A program made the position numbers and the translations under genes. Below the pieces are notes generated by a model. That model saw nothing but the letters and a program-made list of their open reading frames with translations, did no database searches and was not told the origin of the DNA. A stretch of 64,000 bases of DNA from Candidatus Poribacteria bacterium (lineage in GTDB: Bacteria > Poribacteria > WGA-4E > WGA-3G): assembly GCA_965214095.1 (NCBI GenBank), contig OZ243938.1, positions 4,160,001 through 4,224,000 on the forward strand. Direction: 5' to 3'. Of this stretch, positions 48,918-59,730 are shown piece by piece; the stretch's first letter is position 1; each line of letters opens with the position of its first letter.

Positions 48918-51227
48918 ATGCGTTTCACATATTTTTTACCAGTATGGGTAATAGTTCTTAGCATACTTATTGCGGTTGGTATTACTGTATATGGGTATAT
49001 CAGAATTGAGCGACCAATACAGAGTGTGCTAAGGTATTCACTAATAGTATTACGTTTTGTAGCAATTGCTATTCTGCTTTGTTGCCTATTAGCCCCTGTT
49101 ATCATAGAAAAGAAAGATGTTACACCGCCAACGCATCTCTCCATTTTGGTAGATACGTCTCGGAGTATGCAGCTTGAAGATAACTCTCTTGGCAAATCAG
49201 ATATTTCGCGAATAGATCAAGTAAGCAACCTTCTTTTTAATGAATCAAGTCAATTTGTTCAGAATCTAAAGAGTGAATACAATGTGCATCTTTACAGTTT
49301 TGATTCAACTCTAAGGGAAGAGATAACGGGTGTAGATAAGTTAGCACCAGAAGGGTCGCTTACGAATATATTATCTGCGATTGAAGAAACGGCACAGAAA
49401 TGGCGCGGTCAACCGAATGCAGGTATCATCATAATTACAGATGGTGCACATAACGCTTCAACATTATCTGTTGGAGATATTGCAGCATTGAAGACACCAA
49501 TCTATACAGTTGGAGTCGGTTCACCACAACCACCAAAAGATATACTGATTCAGAATGTTGATGTTCTACCTATTGCTTATACTGGACATGAAACGGTCAT
49601 CCGCATAAATGTTGTGCAGACAGGATATGACGAGGAGTCAGTCCGTGTTTCTCTTCGCGAGTTTGGATCAAATCGGCTTGTTGATGCATCCATTCTAAAT
49701 TTCCCTGAGTCTGATGTTGAGCAGTCTGTAATGTTAAATGGACAACGATTGATGAAAGGAACACAACACCTCGTTGAACTCAAACTAACACCACAGACAG
49801 AAGGGAATTTCCAATATAAAATCATACTGCCAACATTAGACGGAGAACTTACGGATACTAACAATGAAAAGACCTTTTCACTGAAGGTGGTGAAGGCAAA
49901 ACTAAATGTGTTGTATTTTGAAGGCAGACCGCGCTGGGAATACACATTTCTCAAGCGGACATTGGAACGTGATCCTGATATTGAACCGATATTTACTATA
50001 CTGACTAAGAAAACAGATCCAGAATCGTTACTCGTGGGAAACGATGGCTATTATCCCCAAACCAATGATACAGACCTTTCTCGCTTTCCAGAGACTCAAG
50101 ATGAACTCTTAAAATATGATGTGTTGATATTAGGGGATTTAACCGCTGAACATCTCAAAACGGCACAACAACAATTAATAGTTGACTTTGTAGAACAATA
50201 TGGAAAATCAGTTATATTTCTGCCATCACATAATGCATTAGGTGTAGACGGGTTTAGGAACACAAGACTTGCACAGATACTTCCTATACAAATTCCGTCT
50301 GATGGCTGTTTAGAACAGGAAGTAGAATTCTCTGTTGAGTTAACACAGCCTGGCATGTTTCACCCAATTCTACAACTCTCCGATACTTTAGACAGCAACA
50401 GAAAGATGTGGCAGAATCTACCGTCGCTTACCCGTTCATATCGCAGATTCCAACTTAGGGCGGGGGCAACAACTTTGATTACAAAACAGAACGGTGAACC
50501 GATTCTGATTTTTCAACGCGTGGGTCTTGGCAAAAGTCTATTATTTGCGGCTGAAGGAATATGGAATTGGCACTTTGGTGTGAACGCATATAAAGATACT
50601 ACATACCAATCCGTATATCCACGTTTTTGGGCACAAACACTGAGATGGATGTCACAACAGTCGGATGGAAATCGGATTTATCTTACAACATCCTCACCGA
50701 CTTATGCACAAGGCGATACGGTCTCAATCAACATAAGGGCATATTCACTTACTATGCATCCGCAGGATGATGCAGAAATTCGGTTAACGGTTACTACACC
50801 AGACGGTACTACATTTCCACTGAAAACACACACGGAGTCAACGGACGCACAAGCGGGTACTGTTGGGAATTATACCGCACAGTTAAAAGTTGATGAAATA
50901 GGTGCATACAAGATACGTGCTGTTGGTCAATCAGGTAATATATCGTTAGGAGAAGATGAGATTGAGTTTTTTGTTCATCCGCAACTTATTGAATTAGAAG
51001 CACCTCAACTGAACGTTTCGTTACTTACAGAACTAACTGAAAAGACGGGTGGTGTATATGTCAATATAGAGGATGCCCATTCTATCATAGACAAAATCAG
51101 CGATATTCAGGAACCTGTCTTTGTTGATACAGAACGTGACCTGTGGGCACATCCCTTTATTTTAATTGCAGTCGTAGGGTTGTTGGGTGCGGAATGGTTT
51201 ATACGAAAACGTATCGGTTTAATATAA
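48918..51227 (+). CDS. Membrane protein with VWA and glutamine amidotransferase-like domains
   Basis: LVDTSRSM, ITDG, EGRPRWEY..LKR, YDVLILGD, C-terminal AEWFIRKR. Confidence 0.82.
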   Translation: MRFTYFLPVWVIVLSILIAVGITVYGYIRIERPIQSVLRYSLIVLRFVAIAILLCCLLAPVIIEKKDVTPPTHLSILVDTSRSMQLEDNSLGKSDISRIDQVSNLLFNESSQFVQNLKSEYNVHLYSFDSTLREEITGVDKLAPEGSLTNILSAIEETAQKWRGQPNAGIIIITDGAHNASTLSVGDIAALKTPIYTVGVGSPQPPKDILIQNVDVLPIAYTGHETVIRINVVQTGYDEESVRVSLREFGSNRLVDASILNFPESDVEQSVMLNGQRLMKGTQHLVELKLTPQTEGNFQYKIILPTLDGELTDTNNEKTFSLKVVKAKLNVLYFEGRPRWEYTFLKRTLERDPDIEPIFTILTKKTDPESLLVGNDGYYPQTNDTDLSRFPETQDELLKYDVLILGDLTAEHLKTAQQQLIVDFVEQYGKSVIFLPSHNALGVDGFRNTRLAQILPIQIPSDGCLEQEVEFSVELTQPGMFHPILQLSDTLDSNRKMWQNLPSLTRSYRRFQLRAGATTLITKQNGEPILIFQRVGLGKSLLFAAEGIWNWHFGVNAYKDTTYQSVYPRFWAQTLRWMSQQSDGNRIYLTTSSPTYAQGDTVSINIRAYSLTMHPQDDAEIRLTVTTPDGTTFPLKTHTESTDAQAGTVGNYTAQLKVDEIGAYKIRAVGQSGNISLGEDEIEFFVHPQLIELEAPQLNVSLLTELTEKTGGVYVNIEDAHSIIDKISDIQEPVFVDTERDLWAHPFILIAVVGLLGAEWFIRKRIGLI

Positions 51228-51241
51228 AATTGTAATTTGTT

Positions 51242-51922
51242 ATGCTCAATAGATGTTTTTCCAGAATAAAATTAATCGTCTGCTGTCTTTTCCTATTCTT
51301 TTCTATAATAGGTACAAAAGACGCAGGGGAACTCTTTACAATTGCACAAGTTCAGTATGGCGGTGGCGGAGATTGGTATGGTGATCCATCTGCAATTGGC
51401 AATTGGCTCAAGTTGTTACGTGATCGGACAGATATTGAAACGGCAGATGACCGCGTAATACTTAAACTAACTGATCATGTGCTTTATCAATATCCCCTGC
51501 TATATCTTGTAGGACATGGTAATGTTCGGTTGACAGAAAACGAAGTGTCTGCATTACGACAATATCTTACAAACGGAGGCTTCCTTTTTGTAAATGATGA
51601 TTACGGATTAGACGAAAGTTTCCGTAGGGAGATAGGACGGGTATTTCCGGATCAGGAGTTGCAGCCAATTCCTAATAACCATCATATTTATCACTGTTTT
51701 TATGATTTACCGGGACTTCCAAAAATCCATGAACACGATTCAGAACCTGCGCAAGGTTTTGGTCTATTTCATGATGGTAGGATGGTGGTTTTCTATGCAT
51801 ACAGTGCGGATATTGGTGATGGCTTGGAAGATACGAGAGTACATCCTGATGACACGCCAGAAGTGCGTGAACTTGCGTCAAGAATGGCTGTGAACATCGC
51901 TGTATATGTGTTGACTCAATAA
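51242..51922 (+). CDS. DUF4159 protein
   Basis: YGGGGDWY, LRQYLTNGGFL, PKIHEHD, DIGDG. Confidence 0.88.
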   Translation: MLNRCFSRIKLIVCCLFLFFSIIGTKDAGELFTIAQVQYGGGGDWYGDPSAIGNWLKLLRDRTDIETADDRVILKLTDHVLYQYPLLYLVGHGNVRLTENEVSALRQYLTNGGFLFVNDDYGLDESFRREIGRVFPDQELQPIPNNHHIYHCFYDLPGLPKIHEHDSEPAQGFGLFHDGRMVVFYAYSADIGDGLEDTRVHPDDTPEVRELASRMAVNIAVYVLTQ

Positions 51923-51947
51923 CTTTATCAAATGTTTATAGGTCAAT

Positions 51948-54900
51948 ATGAACAAAGGGAGAACAATGTCAAATCAAAACATTAACTTGATATACCAATC
52001 AATAATTAGCAAACTCAGTGTCATTCGCCGTACATGGCGATGGCTAATCTTTTCAGATTGCCTGCTGAAATGGTTCAGCACGGTTGCTATTGTAATGACA
52101 GGAGTTCTTCTGGTTTTATATCTGCCACTTCCGCGTCTTTTCCGCAGTGGAATAGTGATAGTCTCATTAGGTTTATTGATTTATTTTACATTTCGCATTC
52201 TTGTCGTACCGCAATTACGTAAATTTTCACATACAAAAGTTGCTGCGTATCTTGAAAAATCGTATCCAAACATAGAAAATAGGATACTCAGTGCAGTTCA
52301 ACTTAAACCTACACTTGAGAACAACCGATTAGGGTATGCTCAGGAATTTGTTGAACAGTTGATAGAGCAGACACAAGATGATGTAGGGAAAATTGAACAG
52401 AAAAAGATATTTCAAACTGAATATAGGCAAATAAAACGAAATGCTGGAATTGCTGTAATTTCTATAGGAATTTTAGCACTCACTAATTTCCTTTTGCCTT
52501 CTGCCTTAAAGGGATTTTCGCAAACATTGGAGTCTTTACCAAAAACACCTATGGAAGGATTTACGGTACAGATAGAAGATGTAAGTCCTGGGAACGTCAA
52601 GATTAAGCGTGGTGAAGATGTTTCTATCAGTGCGAAAGTTAGTGGACACCTTGATGCCTCTGTTTATGTGTATTACCGATTAGTACAAGGCGATGAAGTT
52701 GAGGACAATCAAGTTCTTATGCAAGACTCAGCAGATACTGAACAGAATGTTGAAATGGCAGAGAATCAATTACCCCATCTTGTTGATAACGGTTCGTGGC
52801 AATCCATTCTGATGAACCGAGAGCCGACAGAGATTCCTTATACAACTACGATTGAGAACATTGATCGTTCCTTACAATACTATATTTCAACAAAAGATAT
52901 AGCATCTGAGCATTATCAAATTGCGGTAAGTCATGAACCGATTGTCAAGACCTTCCAACTGCAGCTTAACTATCCAGCATATACCCAAGTTCCGTCACAA
53001 ACTCTTGAAGCGAATACTGGAGATGCGGAAGTACTCTTTGGGACTGAGGTTGTGTTTACAGGTGAAAGCAATAAGCTGCTGTCCGAAGCGCATCTAATCT
53101 TTGAAGATGCAGAACTGATTAAGTTGAAAGTTAATGCAGAAACGGGAATGGAAGGAAGTTTTATTGCGGAGCAGGCAGGTACATACCATATTCAGATTCA
53201 GGATAACGAAGGATTAACAAACATTGATCCTCTTGTTTATACACTGAATGTCTACAAGGATTCACCCCCACAAGTTGAAATTGTTGAACCCGGCAAAGAC
53301 CTTGTTTTAGATAATGATATGCTTGTTAAACTCAAAGTTGAAGCAACTGATGACTATGGTATACAAGCACTCCAATTGGTGCATCGACTCCAAAAAGAGA
53401 ATGTAGATGATAGAATTGTAACACTGAAGCAAATTCCAACAAACACATCCCCACCACAGACATCACAGTTCATTGCATATACTTGGGATATTGACCCAAT
53501 TGGACTATTTCCTGGAGATATACTTTCCTATTATGTGCAGGCACTTGACACTGATGATGTTTCCGGACCAAATATCGGTAAATCACGTACATTCACGTTA
53601 CGATATCCAACATTGGACGAATTATATGAAGACCTCGCGACAGAACAAGAGGCAGAACAGTACGGATTAGACGAGTTATTTGATGAACAGTCTGAAGCAA
53701 CAGGGATTGTTGATGAACTCCTTGACAAGATCCGTAAGTTCCAAGAGTTTTCGCATTCAGATAAGAAACTGTTGCAGCAGGTTGTTGAATCCCAGGAAGA
53801 GATAGAGAAGAAAGCGAATGAACTTATCACTGGTATGGAACAGACAACTGCGGATATAGAGAAAAATCAACTCTTTGAACCAGAAACCATTCAGAAATAT
53901 CAGGAACTTCAAGAATTGATGAAGGAAGCACTTACAGAAGAGCATCAAGAACTCTTGAACAAATTGAACGAAGCGTTAGCACAACAGCAGTTGACTGAAC
54001 AAGAACGTTCAATGACAGAAGCGAATTTCGATCAAGAGCAGTTCCAACAGCAACTTGAACGTATGAAATCCTTATATCAACAATTGATAATGCAGCAGAA
54101 ACTTGAAGCAGCAGCCAAGCAGGCACAAGACCTCGCGGACCAGCAAAAGGAATTGATGGATTCGTTAGTTAATTCAGAGGCAACGGAATCTGAAACAACT
54201 GATACACAACAAAATGAAGACTCAGAACAAGGGCTACAAGCAGATACTTCATTAGAACAATCTGAACTCAATGATGTTGCACAAAAGGAAGATCGAATCA
54301 ATCAGGAATCTGATAAACTCAGTGAAAAGTTGGATACACTTGGTAACGAGATGTCAGAAATGGCAGAATCTCAAGATAATCCTGCACCACAAATCCAGAA
54401 AATTGCGGACGAAGTAAAGCGACTCAATGAATATACGAAAGATCAGAATCTATCGGAAAACCTACAAAATACGAGCGAGAATTTGCGGAATTCGCAGCCA
54501 CAGGATGCCCTCAGTACAGGTAGGGAAGCTGAACAAACAATGACAGAATTAGCACAAGGATTAGATAATGCATTGGAGTTTATGGAAGGTTCAAATGCGG
54601 ATCAGACATTAACTGCAATGCGAGAAGCGGTAAAGAGTGGTTTGTATCTTTCACATCTGCATGAGAATGTCATCAATCAGACGAGGGAGCTTGTCACAAC
54701 GAACATGCAGGAATATATACCGAGTGAAATTCTACGATTGCAGCAGCTTGCTGGTAAGGAGCTTAGTGCAGCAAACAGCATCGGTCAAATTGCGAATAAA
54801 CTATGGGACCTTGGTAAACAACAGATGGAGGTAGACCCCAAAATAGTTTGGCGACTGAATGAATCCAGTGATGCGTTGGAACGTGCTGCGCGTGCCTTGG

Positions 54901-55577
54901 AAGATCGTCAGACCAATCTTGCGCTCCCAATCCAAAGACAAGGACTTGCTGATCTCAATCAAGCAGTTTTTGACCTACTCAATGCGATGGCACAGATGAA
55001 CCAACAGATGGGTGCGGGTGGATTGCAGGATATGTTGGAGCAGCTGCAACAACTTGCGCAAAGTCAAGAGCAGTTGAATCAGATGGCACAGAACCTGAGT
55101 CAACAGATGCGTGAACAAGGGAGGACTCCGGGACTCCAACAGCGACTTGAACGGCTTGCCGGACAACAACAACTAATTCGCGAAGCAACTGAACGGCTGG
55201 CAGAGTTAGTTGAAGAAGCTGCAGAAATGCTTGGAAGTCTAAAGGATGTAGCTGAGGAAATGGGTGATGTTGAGAGAAAACTTGAGCAAGGCACACTCAA
55301 TGATGATGTTATTGAACAGCAAGAAAGAATAGTTACAAGAATGTTAGATAGTTTAAAATCATTACAAAAACGTGATGTCGGTAAAAAACGGAAAGCCGAA
55401 GTTGCCAAGAGACCGACAACTCCTCCTCAAGATGTGCCTCCGTTACATCCTGAGTTATTAGAAATCGTTCGCGAACTTGAAACTAATCCAAATGCTAAGG
55501 AATTGGAAAATATACCTTTCCAATATCGTGAACAACTCAGACAGTATTTTAAGGCACTCTCACAGAAGATACAGTAG
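51948..55577 (+). CDS. DUF4175-like membrane protein (Ig-like domains plus long Q/E coiled coil)
   Basis: TM segments, YPAYT, DDYG, Q-rich helices, C-terminal YREQLRQYFKAL. Confidence 0.8.
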   Translation: MNKGRTMSNQNINLIYQSIISKLSVIRRTWRWLIFSDCLLKWFSTVAIVMTGVLLVLYLPLPRLFRSGIVIVSLGLLIYFTFRILVVPQLRKFSHTKVAAYLEKSYPNIENRILSAVQLKPTLENNRLGYAQEFVEQLIEQTQDDVGKIEQKKIFQTEYRQIKRNAGIAVISIGILALTNFLLPSALKGFSQTLESLPKTPMEGFTVQIEDVSPGNVKIKRGEDVSISAKVSGHLDASVYVYYRLVQGDEVEDNQVLMQDSADTEQNVEMAENQLPHLVDNGSWQSILMNREPTEIPYTTTIENIDRSLQYYISTKDIASEHYQIAVSHEPIVKTFQLQLNYPAYTQVPSQTLEANTGDAEVLFGTEVVFTGESNKLLSEAHLIFEDAELIKLKVNAETGMEGSFIAEQAGTYHIQIQDNEGLTNIDPLVYTLNVYKDSPPQVEIVEPGKDLVLDNDMLVKLKVEATDDYGIQALQLVHRLQKENVDDRIVTLKQIPTNTSPPQTSQFIAYTWDIDPIGLFPGDILSYYVQALDTDDVSGPNIGKSRTFTLRYPTLDELYEDLATEQEAEQYGLDELFDEQSEATGIVDELLDKIRKFQEFSHSDKKLLQQVVESQEEIEKKANELITGMEQTTADIEKNQLFEPETIQKYQELQELMKEALTEEHQELLNKLNEALAQQQLTEQERSMTEANFDQEQFQQQLERMKSLYQQLIMQQKLEAAAKQAQDLADQQKELMDSLVNSEATESETTDTQQNEDSEQGLQADTSLEQSELNDVAQKEDRINQESDKLSEKLDTLGNEMSEMAESQDNPAPQIQKIADEVKRLNEYTKDQNLSENLQNTSENLRNSQPQDALSTGREAEQTMTELAQGLDNALEFMEGSNADQTLTAMREAVKSGLYLSHLHENVINQTRELVTTNMQEYIPSEILRLQQLAGKELSAANSIGQIANKLWDLGKQQMEVDPKIVWRLNESSDALERAARALEDRQTNLALPIQRQGLADLNQAVFDLLNAMAQMNQQMGAGGLQDMLEQLQQLAQSQEQLNQMAQNLSQQMREQGRTPGLQQRLERLAGQQQLIREATERLAELVEEAAEMLGSLKDVAEEMGDVERKLEQGTLNDDVIEQQERIVTRMLDSLKSLQKRDVGKKRKAEVAKRPTTPPQDVPPLHPELLEIVRELETNPNAKELENIPFQYREQLRQYFKALSQKIQ

Positions 55578-55584
55578 TTACTAT

Positions 55585-55760
55585 TATAGTGAAATGTAAA
55601 AATACGTTCACACTCCTCGGTAGATGCGGTTTCCTAATTGCATCTATGAGACAGAACAAACACCGGTTCGGTTAGGAAACCGAACCGATTTTGCGCTAAA
55701 ACCTTTCATAATCAGTTTCCTTGTAGTTTCCGGTTCGGTTAGGAAACCGAACCTACCGGC
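55585..55760. mobile_element. MITE copy 3 (right part replaced) plus an extra REP
   Basis: Matches the 18700 copy from TATAGTGAAAT to ~55687, then a second GGTTCGGTTAGGAAACCGAACCTAC at ~55731. Confidence 0.75.
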
Positions 55761-55840
55761 TTGGGTATTTAGTAGGAGTTAAGAAAATCCTAAAACTAAA
55801 TAACCCTATTAAAGAACCTACTGGAGCGTCCATTCGGACA

Positions 55841-55926
55841 TTGTAGGTCGGGTAGAGACACGACACCCGACTTTATTGATGATAAATGGCTGCATGTCGG
55901 GTTTCGTTCCTCTACCCGACCTACAA
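55841..55926. repeat. REPIN (inverted GTAG-REP doublet)
   Basis: Perfect 17-bp IR TTGTAGGTCGGGTAGAG/CTCTACCCGACCTACAA with inner GTCGGG/CCCGAC hairpins. Confidence 0.82.
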
Positions 55927-56015
55927 GATTAGTATAGACAGAACACTACTTTATTGCACAATCTCTTGGAAAATGCTAAAATGTTGAAAATCAAATAATA
56001 GAGTTAAGGAGATCT

Positions 56016-57035
56016 ATGCAAACAAATGTCAGCATCGTAGAAGATGCATTTTATATAAATGGTGAAATTACCTATTCAGGACGTAACTACGAAGGACACA
56101 AGATAGAAGGACTGTTGCTTAATAGTCGTATGGTGCAAGGCATCTTTGATGATAGAAATCCGGAAACAATACACCGTTGGGAATATCCGGATACGGGTAA
56201 ATGGGATGCAGAACGCAACACCCGTGAATTTTTGTCGGCAATGCCAGCGTGGCATGCACACGGAGTATTAGCATTCACAATAAACTTACAAGGTGGAAGT
56301 CCAGAAGGATATTCAAAATCGCAGCCGTGGCATAATTCGGGAATAGAAGCCGATGGAAGTCTAAATCCCGATTATCTTTCTCGTCTCAAACGTATCATTG
56401 ACTTTGCTGATGAACTTGGTATGGTGGTTATTCTTGGTTACTTTTATTTTGGACAAGACCATCGACTGAAAGATGAAGATGCAGTAAAACGCGCAACTGA
56501 TAATGCTACTAACTGGCTTTTTGATAACGGATATACCAACGTTATTGTTGAAGTAAATAACGAATGTAACGTTAGGTATTCACATGAAATACTACAACCA
56601 GAAAGAGTGCATGAATTGATTGAACGTGTTAAATCCATAAACCGAGATGGCAGAAGATATTTGGTTGGGACAAGTTATGGTGGTGGACGTGTGCCATTTG
56701 AAAATGTGGTGCGTGCATCTGACTTTATACTTGTTCACGGCAACGGTGTCAGAGATCCGAATCGTATCATGGAAATGGTTCAGCAGACACGGCATGTCCC
56801 TGGTTACCGTCCGATGCCGATACTGTTCAATGAAGATGACCATTTTGACTTTGATAAACCGATGAATAACTGTATGGCTGCTATCAGTCAATACGCTTCT
56901 TGGGGATATTTTGATCCGGGTGAAAATGATTACCATCATGGGTATCAATCCGTTCCTGTGCAGTGGCAAATAAACACTCCGAGGAAACGTGCCTTTTTTC
57001 AAAAGATACGCGACATCACAGGACACGGTAAATAG
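56016..57035 (+). CDS. Putative glycoside hydrolase-like TIM-barrel protein
   Basis: NNE acid/base-like and NEDD nucleophile-like motifs; ADELGMVVIL. Confidence 0.6.
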   Translation: MQTNVSIVEDAFYINGEITYSGRNYEGHKIEGLLLNSRMVQGIFDDRNPETIHRWEYPDTGKWDAERNTREFLSAMPAWHAHGVLAFTINLQGGSPEGYSKSQPWHNSGIEADGSLNPDYLSRLKRIIDFADELGMVVILGYFYFGQDHRLKDEDAVKRATDNATNWLFDNGYTNVIVEVNNECNVRYSHEILQPERVHELIERVKSINRDGRRYLVGTSYGGGRVPFENVVRASDFILVHGNGVRDPNRIMEMVQQTRHVPGYRPMPILFNEDDHFDFDKPMNNCMAAISQYASWGYFDPGENDYHHGYQSVPVQWQINTPRKRAFFQKIRDITGHGK

Positions 57036-57048
57036 AAAGGAAATATAA

Positions 57049-57831
57049 ATGTTACCAGGAATAGAACCATATCATGTTGCCATAGCAATCGGAGTGATTA
57101 TTATGATAGCAACGAGCGTTCGGATTCTCAAAGAATACGAGCGCGCAGTCATATTCAGATTAGGACGATTTACCAACACACGCGGTCCAGGGTTAGTTCT
57201 GATGATACCTTTTTGGATTGAACGGATGCAGCGCATTAGTCTAAGAGTGATCGTAAACGATGTTACCCCACAAGATGTAATCACTAAAGATAACGTATCT
57301 GTCAATGTTAATGCTGTTCTGACCTTTCGGGTGACGGAACCTGATAGAGCAGTCATTGAAGTGGAAGATTTCGGTTTTGCTATTAGTCAAACCGCGCAAA
57401 CAACGCTTCGAAGTGCGCTTGGTCGTGCTGAACTTGACGATCTGTTATCTGAACGTGAAAAACTCAATCAGGATTTAGGAGAAATAATTAAGAAGCAGTG
57501 TGAACCGTGGGGTGTTGAAGTTCTTTCAATGGAGATAAAACACGTTGATCTACCAATTGAGATGCAACGTCTGATGGCAAAGCAGGCAGAGGCGGAGAGA
57601 GAACGGAGAGCAAAAGTAGTTCATGCAGAAGGTGAATTTGAGTCTGCACAAGTTCTTACCAATGCTGCAGAAATCCTTAGCGAAACTCCTACCGCTATTC
57701 AACTTCGATTTCTTCAGGCATTAGTTGAAGTAAGTGCGGAGAAAAATTCAACAGTTATCTTCCCAATTCCAATTGATCTGTTGAGTCCCTTCATTAAGCA
57801 GCAAACTATAGAAACAACGAAAGAGGAATAG
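57049..57831 (+). CDS. Stomatin/slipin (SPFH) protein
   Basis: [38 protein letters not shown]. Confidence 0.93.
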   Translation: MLPGIEPYHVAIAIGVIIMIATSVRILKEYERAVIFRLGRFTNTRGPGLVLMIPFWIERMQRISLRVIVNDVTPQDVITKDNVSVNVNAVLTFRVTEPDRAVIEVEDFGFAISQTAQTTLRSALGRAELDDLLSEREKLNQDLGEIIKKQCEPWGVEVLSMEIKHVDLPIEMQRLMAKQAEAERERRAKVVHAEGEFESAQVLTNAAEILSETPTAIQLRFLQALVEVSAEKNSTVIFPIPIDLLSPFIKQQTIETTKEE

Positions 57832-57835
57832 TTGC

Positions 57836-58915
57836 TTAAAGCCAATCTTCATCATAGAAGGGAGTACTCGGATAACTGTAGGTATTTCCTTCAAAGTTTC
57901 GGAGTTGGATTTCATCGTCATCAAAAGCAACGACGGGATCAGGGATTAAGGCGATTTTTCCGCCGCCACCGGGGGCATCAATGACATAATGCGGTACACC
58001 AAGTCCGGAGATATGTCCGCGTAATGCAGAAACGATATCTAATCCTGTTTTGACTGCTGTTCTGAAATGGTCAGTTCCCACGACAAGATCTGCTTGATAG
58101 ATATAGTAAGGTTTAACACGTATCCGCAGTAAGCCTTTCATCAGTTCTACCATAACTTGCGGATCGTCATTTACGCCTTTGAGTAAAACTGCTTGGTTTC
58201 CGAGTGGAATACCTGCATCGGCTAACATACCACACGCTTTTTCCGTTTCAGGTGTGATTTCGCGTGGATGATTGAAGTGGGTATTGATATAGAATGGGTG
58301 GTTTCGTTTTAAGATATTACACAATTCGGGTGTAATACGTTGGGGTAGGGTTACCGGGACACGTGATCCAATTCGAATAATTTCTATATGTTCGATAGCA
58401 CGGAGTCCGCTAACTATCATATCAATTTTCTTATCAGTTAGCATCAACGGATCACCGCCTGAAATAATTACATCACGAATTTCAGGGTGTTCCTGAATAT
58501 AAGCAAGACCTATTTCAATATTGTTTTCAGAGATTGAATGAGGATCTCCTACCTTCCTTTTTCGCGTGCAGAAACGACAATAGATCGGACACATGTAATT
58601 CACATAGAAGAGAACACGGTCGGGATATCGATGCGTGACGTTAGGCACATCACTATCATCCTCTTCATGAAGTGGATCTTCAACACCTGTGCTGATGAGC
58701 TCTTTCGTATCTGGAACCACTTGCTTCCAAATCGCGTCACCGGGTTTCTCAATTAGACTGAGATAATATGGATTTATTCGGATAGGAAATTCTTTGTGTA
58801 TTCGACGCATCTCTTCAATGTCTACATCATCGAATATAGCGGCAAGTTTTTCTGGTGTGTTGACGGTATCCCTAACAAGTTGTTTCCATACTTCCATATT
58901 GGCTGATCCTTTCAA
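57836..58915 (-). CDS. KamA-family radical SAM aminomutase
   Basis: HRYPDR, CPIYCRFC, SGGDP, HFNHP, DAPGGGGK. Confidence 0.92.
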   Translation of the reverse strand: MKGSANMEVWKQLVRDTVNTPEKLAAIFDDVDIEEMRRIHKEFPIRINPYYLSLIEKPGDAIWKQVVPDTKELISTGVEDPLHEEDDSDVPNVTHRYPDRVLFYVNYMCPIYCRFCTRKRKVGDPHSISENNIEIGLAYIQEHPEIRDVIISGGDPLMLTDKKIDMIVSGLRAIEHIEIIRIGSRVPVTLPQRITPELCNILKRNHPFYINTHFNHPREITPETEKACGMLADAGIPLGNQAVLLKGVNDDPQVMVELMKGLLRIRVKPYYIYQADLVVGTDHFRTAVKTGLDIVSALRGHISGLGVPHYVIDAPGGGGKIALIPDPVVAFDDDEIQLRNFEGNTYSYPSTPFYDEDWL

Positions 58916-58937
58916 TAACTAATAACATTGACAATAA

Positions 58938-59471
58938 TCAGTTCTGTTCTTCTGTAGATGTGTAAGTAACTTCGGTCATTATGTCACCTTCACGCAGTTT
59001 ATCAACAACATCAATTCCTTCAATGACGCGTCCGAATGTAGTATAACTGCCGTTTAAATGTGCATATCCGTTAGTATCTTCGTTTAAACAGATATAGAAT
59101 TGACTTCCCGCAGAATCTGGTGAAGGCTTGCGTGCCATAGCAATAACACCTTTCTCGTGTGGTGGCATTTTCTTTTTAAGTTCTGGATTCTGGAATTCTC
59201 CTGGGATCGTCCAACCAGGTCCACCAGTGCCAGTACCGTCGGGGTCCCCTCCTTGTATGACAAAACCCTTTACATAGCGGTGAAATGTCAAACCGTCATA
59301 GAATCCTGCTTCAACTAATTTTACAAAATTCTTAACAGTGGCAGGTGCACAGTCGGGGTAAAGTTCAATTATTATGTTTCCTTTATCTGTTTTAAACGTT
59401 ACAATTGATAATTGATTATCGGCACTTGAATAAGTGGTGGATAGAAGATTACTCAATAGACTTATGTGCAT
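58938..59471 (-). CDS. Cyclophilin-type peptidyl-prolyl isomerase
   Basis: FYDGLTFHR, FVIQGGD, SAGSQFY, YTTFG. Confidence 0.94.
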   Translation of the reverse strand: MHISLLSNLLSTTYSSADNQLSIVTFKTDKGNIIIELYPDCAPATVKNFVKLVEAGFYDGLTFHRYVKGFVIQGGDPDGTGTGGPGWTIPGEFQNPELKKKMPPHEKGVIAMARKPSPDSAGSQFYICLNEDTNGYAHLNGSYTTFGRVIEGIDVVDKLREGDIMTEVTYTSTEEQN

Positions 59472-59562
59472 TTTTCCTCGTAGAAGTTATTTGTTTTTTT
59501 CTTATGATTAAACTATTCAGATATTGAGATAGGTAGACTACTATCTCAATATTCAATTACTC

Positions 59563-59591
59563 ATGATACATGTTTTTGGGCATAAAGTCAA
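59563..59591 (-). promoter_or_regulatory. sigma70 promoter of the cyclophilin-kamA operon
   Basis: Minus strand TTGACT-17-TATCAT. Confidence 0.6.
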
Positions 59592-59730
59592 GTGAAATAT
59601 CAGTTGGTCACTTAAGATTATCTTGACATCATACTCTTTATTATGTTACCTTAATTCAATGATTATTGACTTGATAGCAGTACAAAATTTTCTAACAATA
59701 TATTTCAAATGGTCAGGAATAATTTCCAGC

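Noticed and set aside
55585-55926. Possible CRISPR array
   Set aside because: Repeats are inverted or irregularly spaced palindromes with no repeat-spacer periodicity and no cas genes
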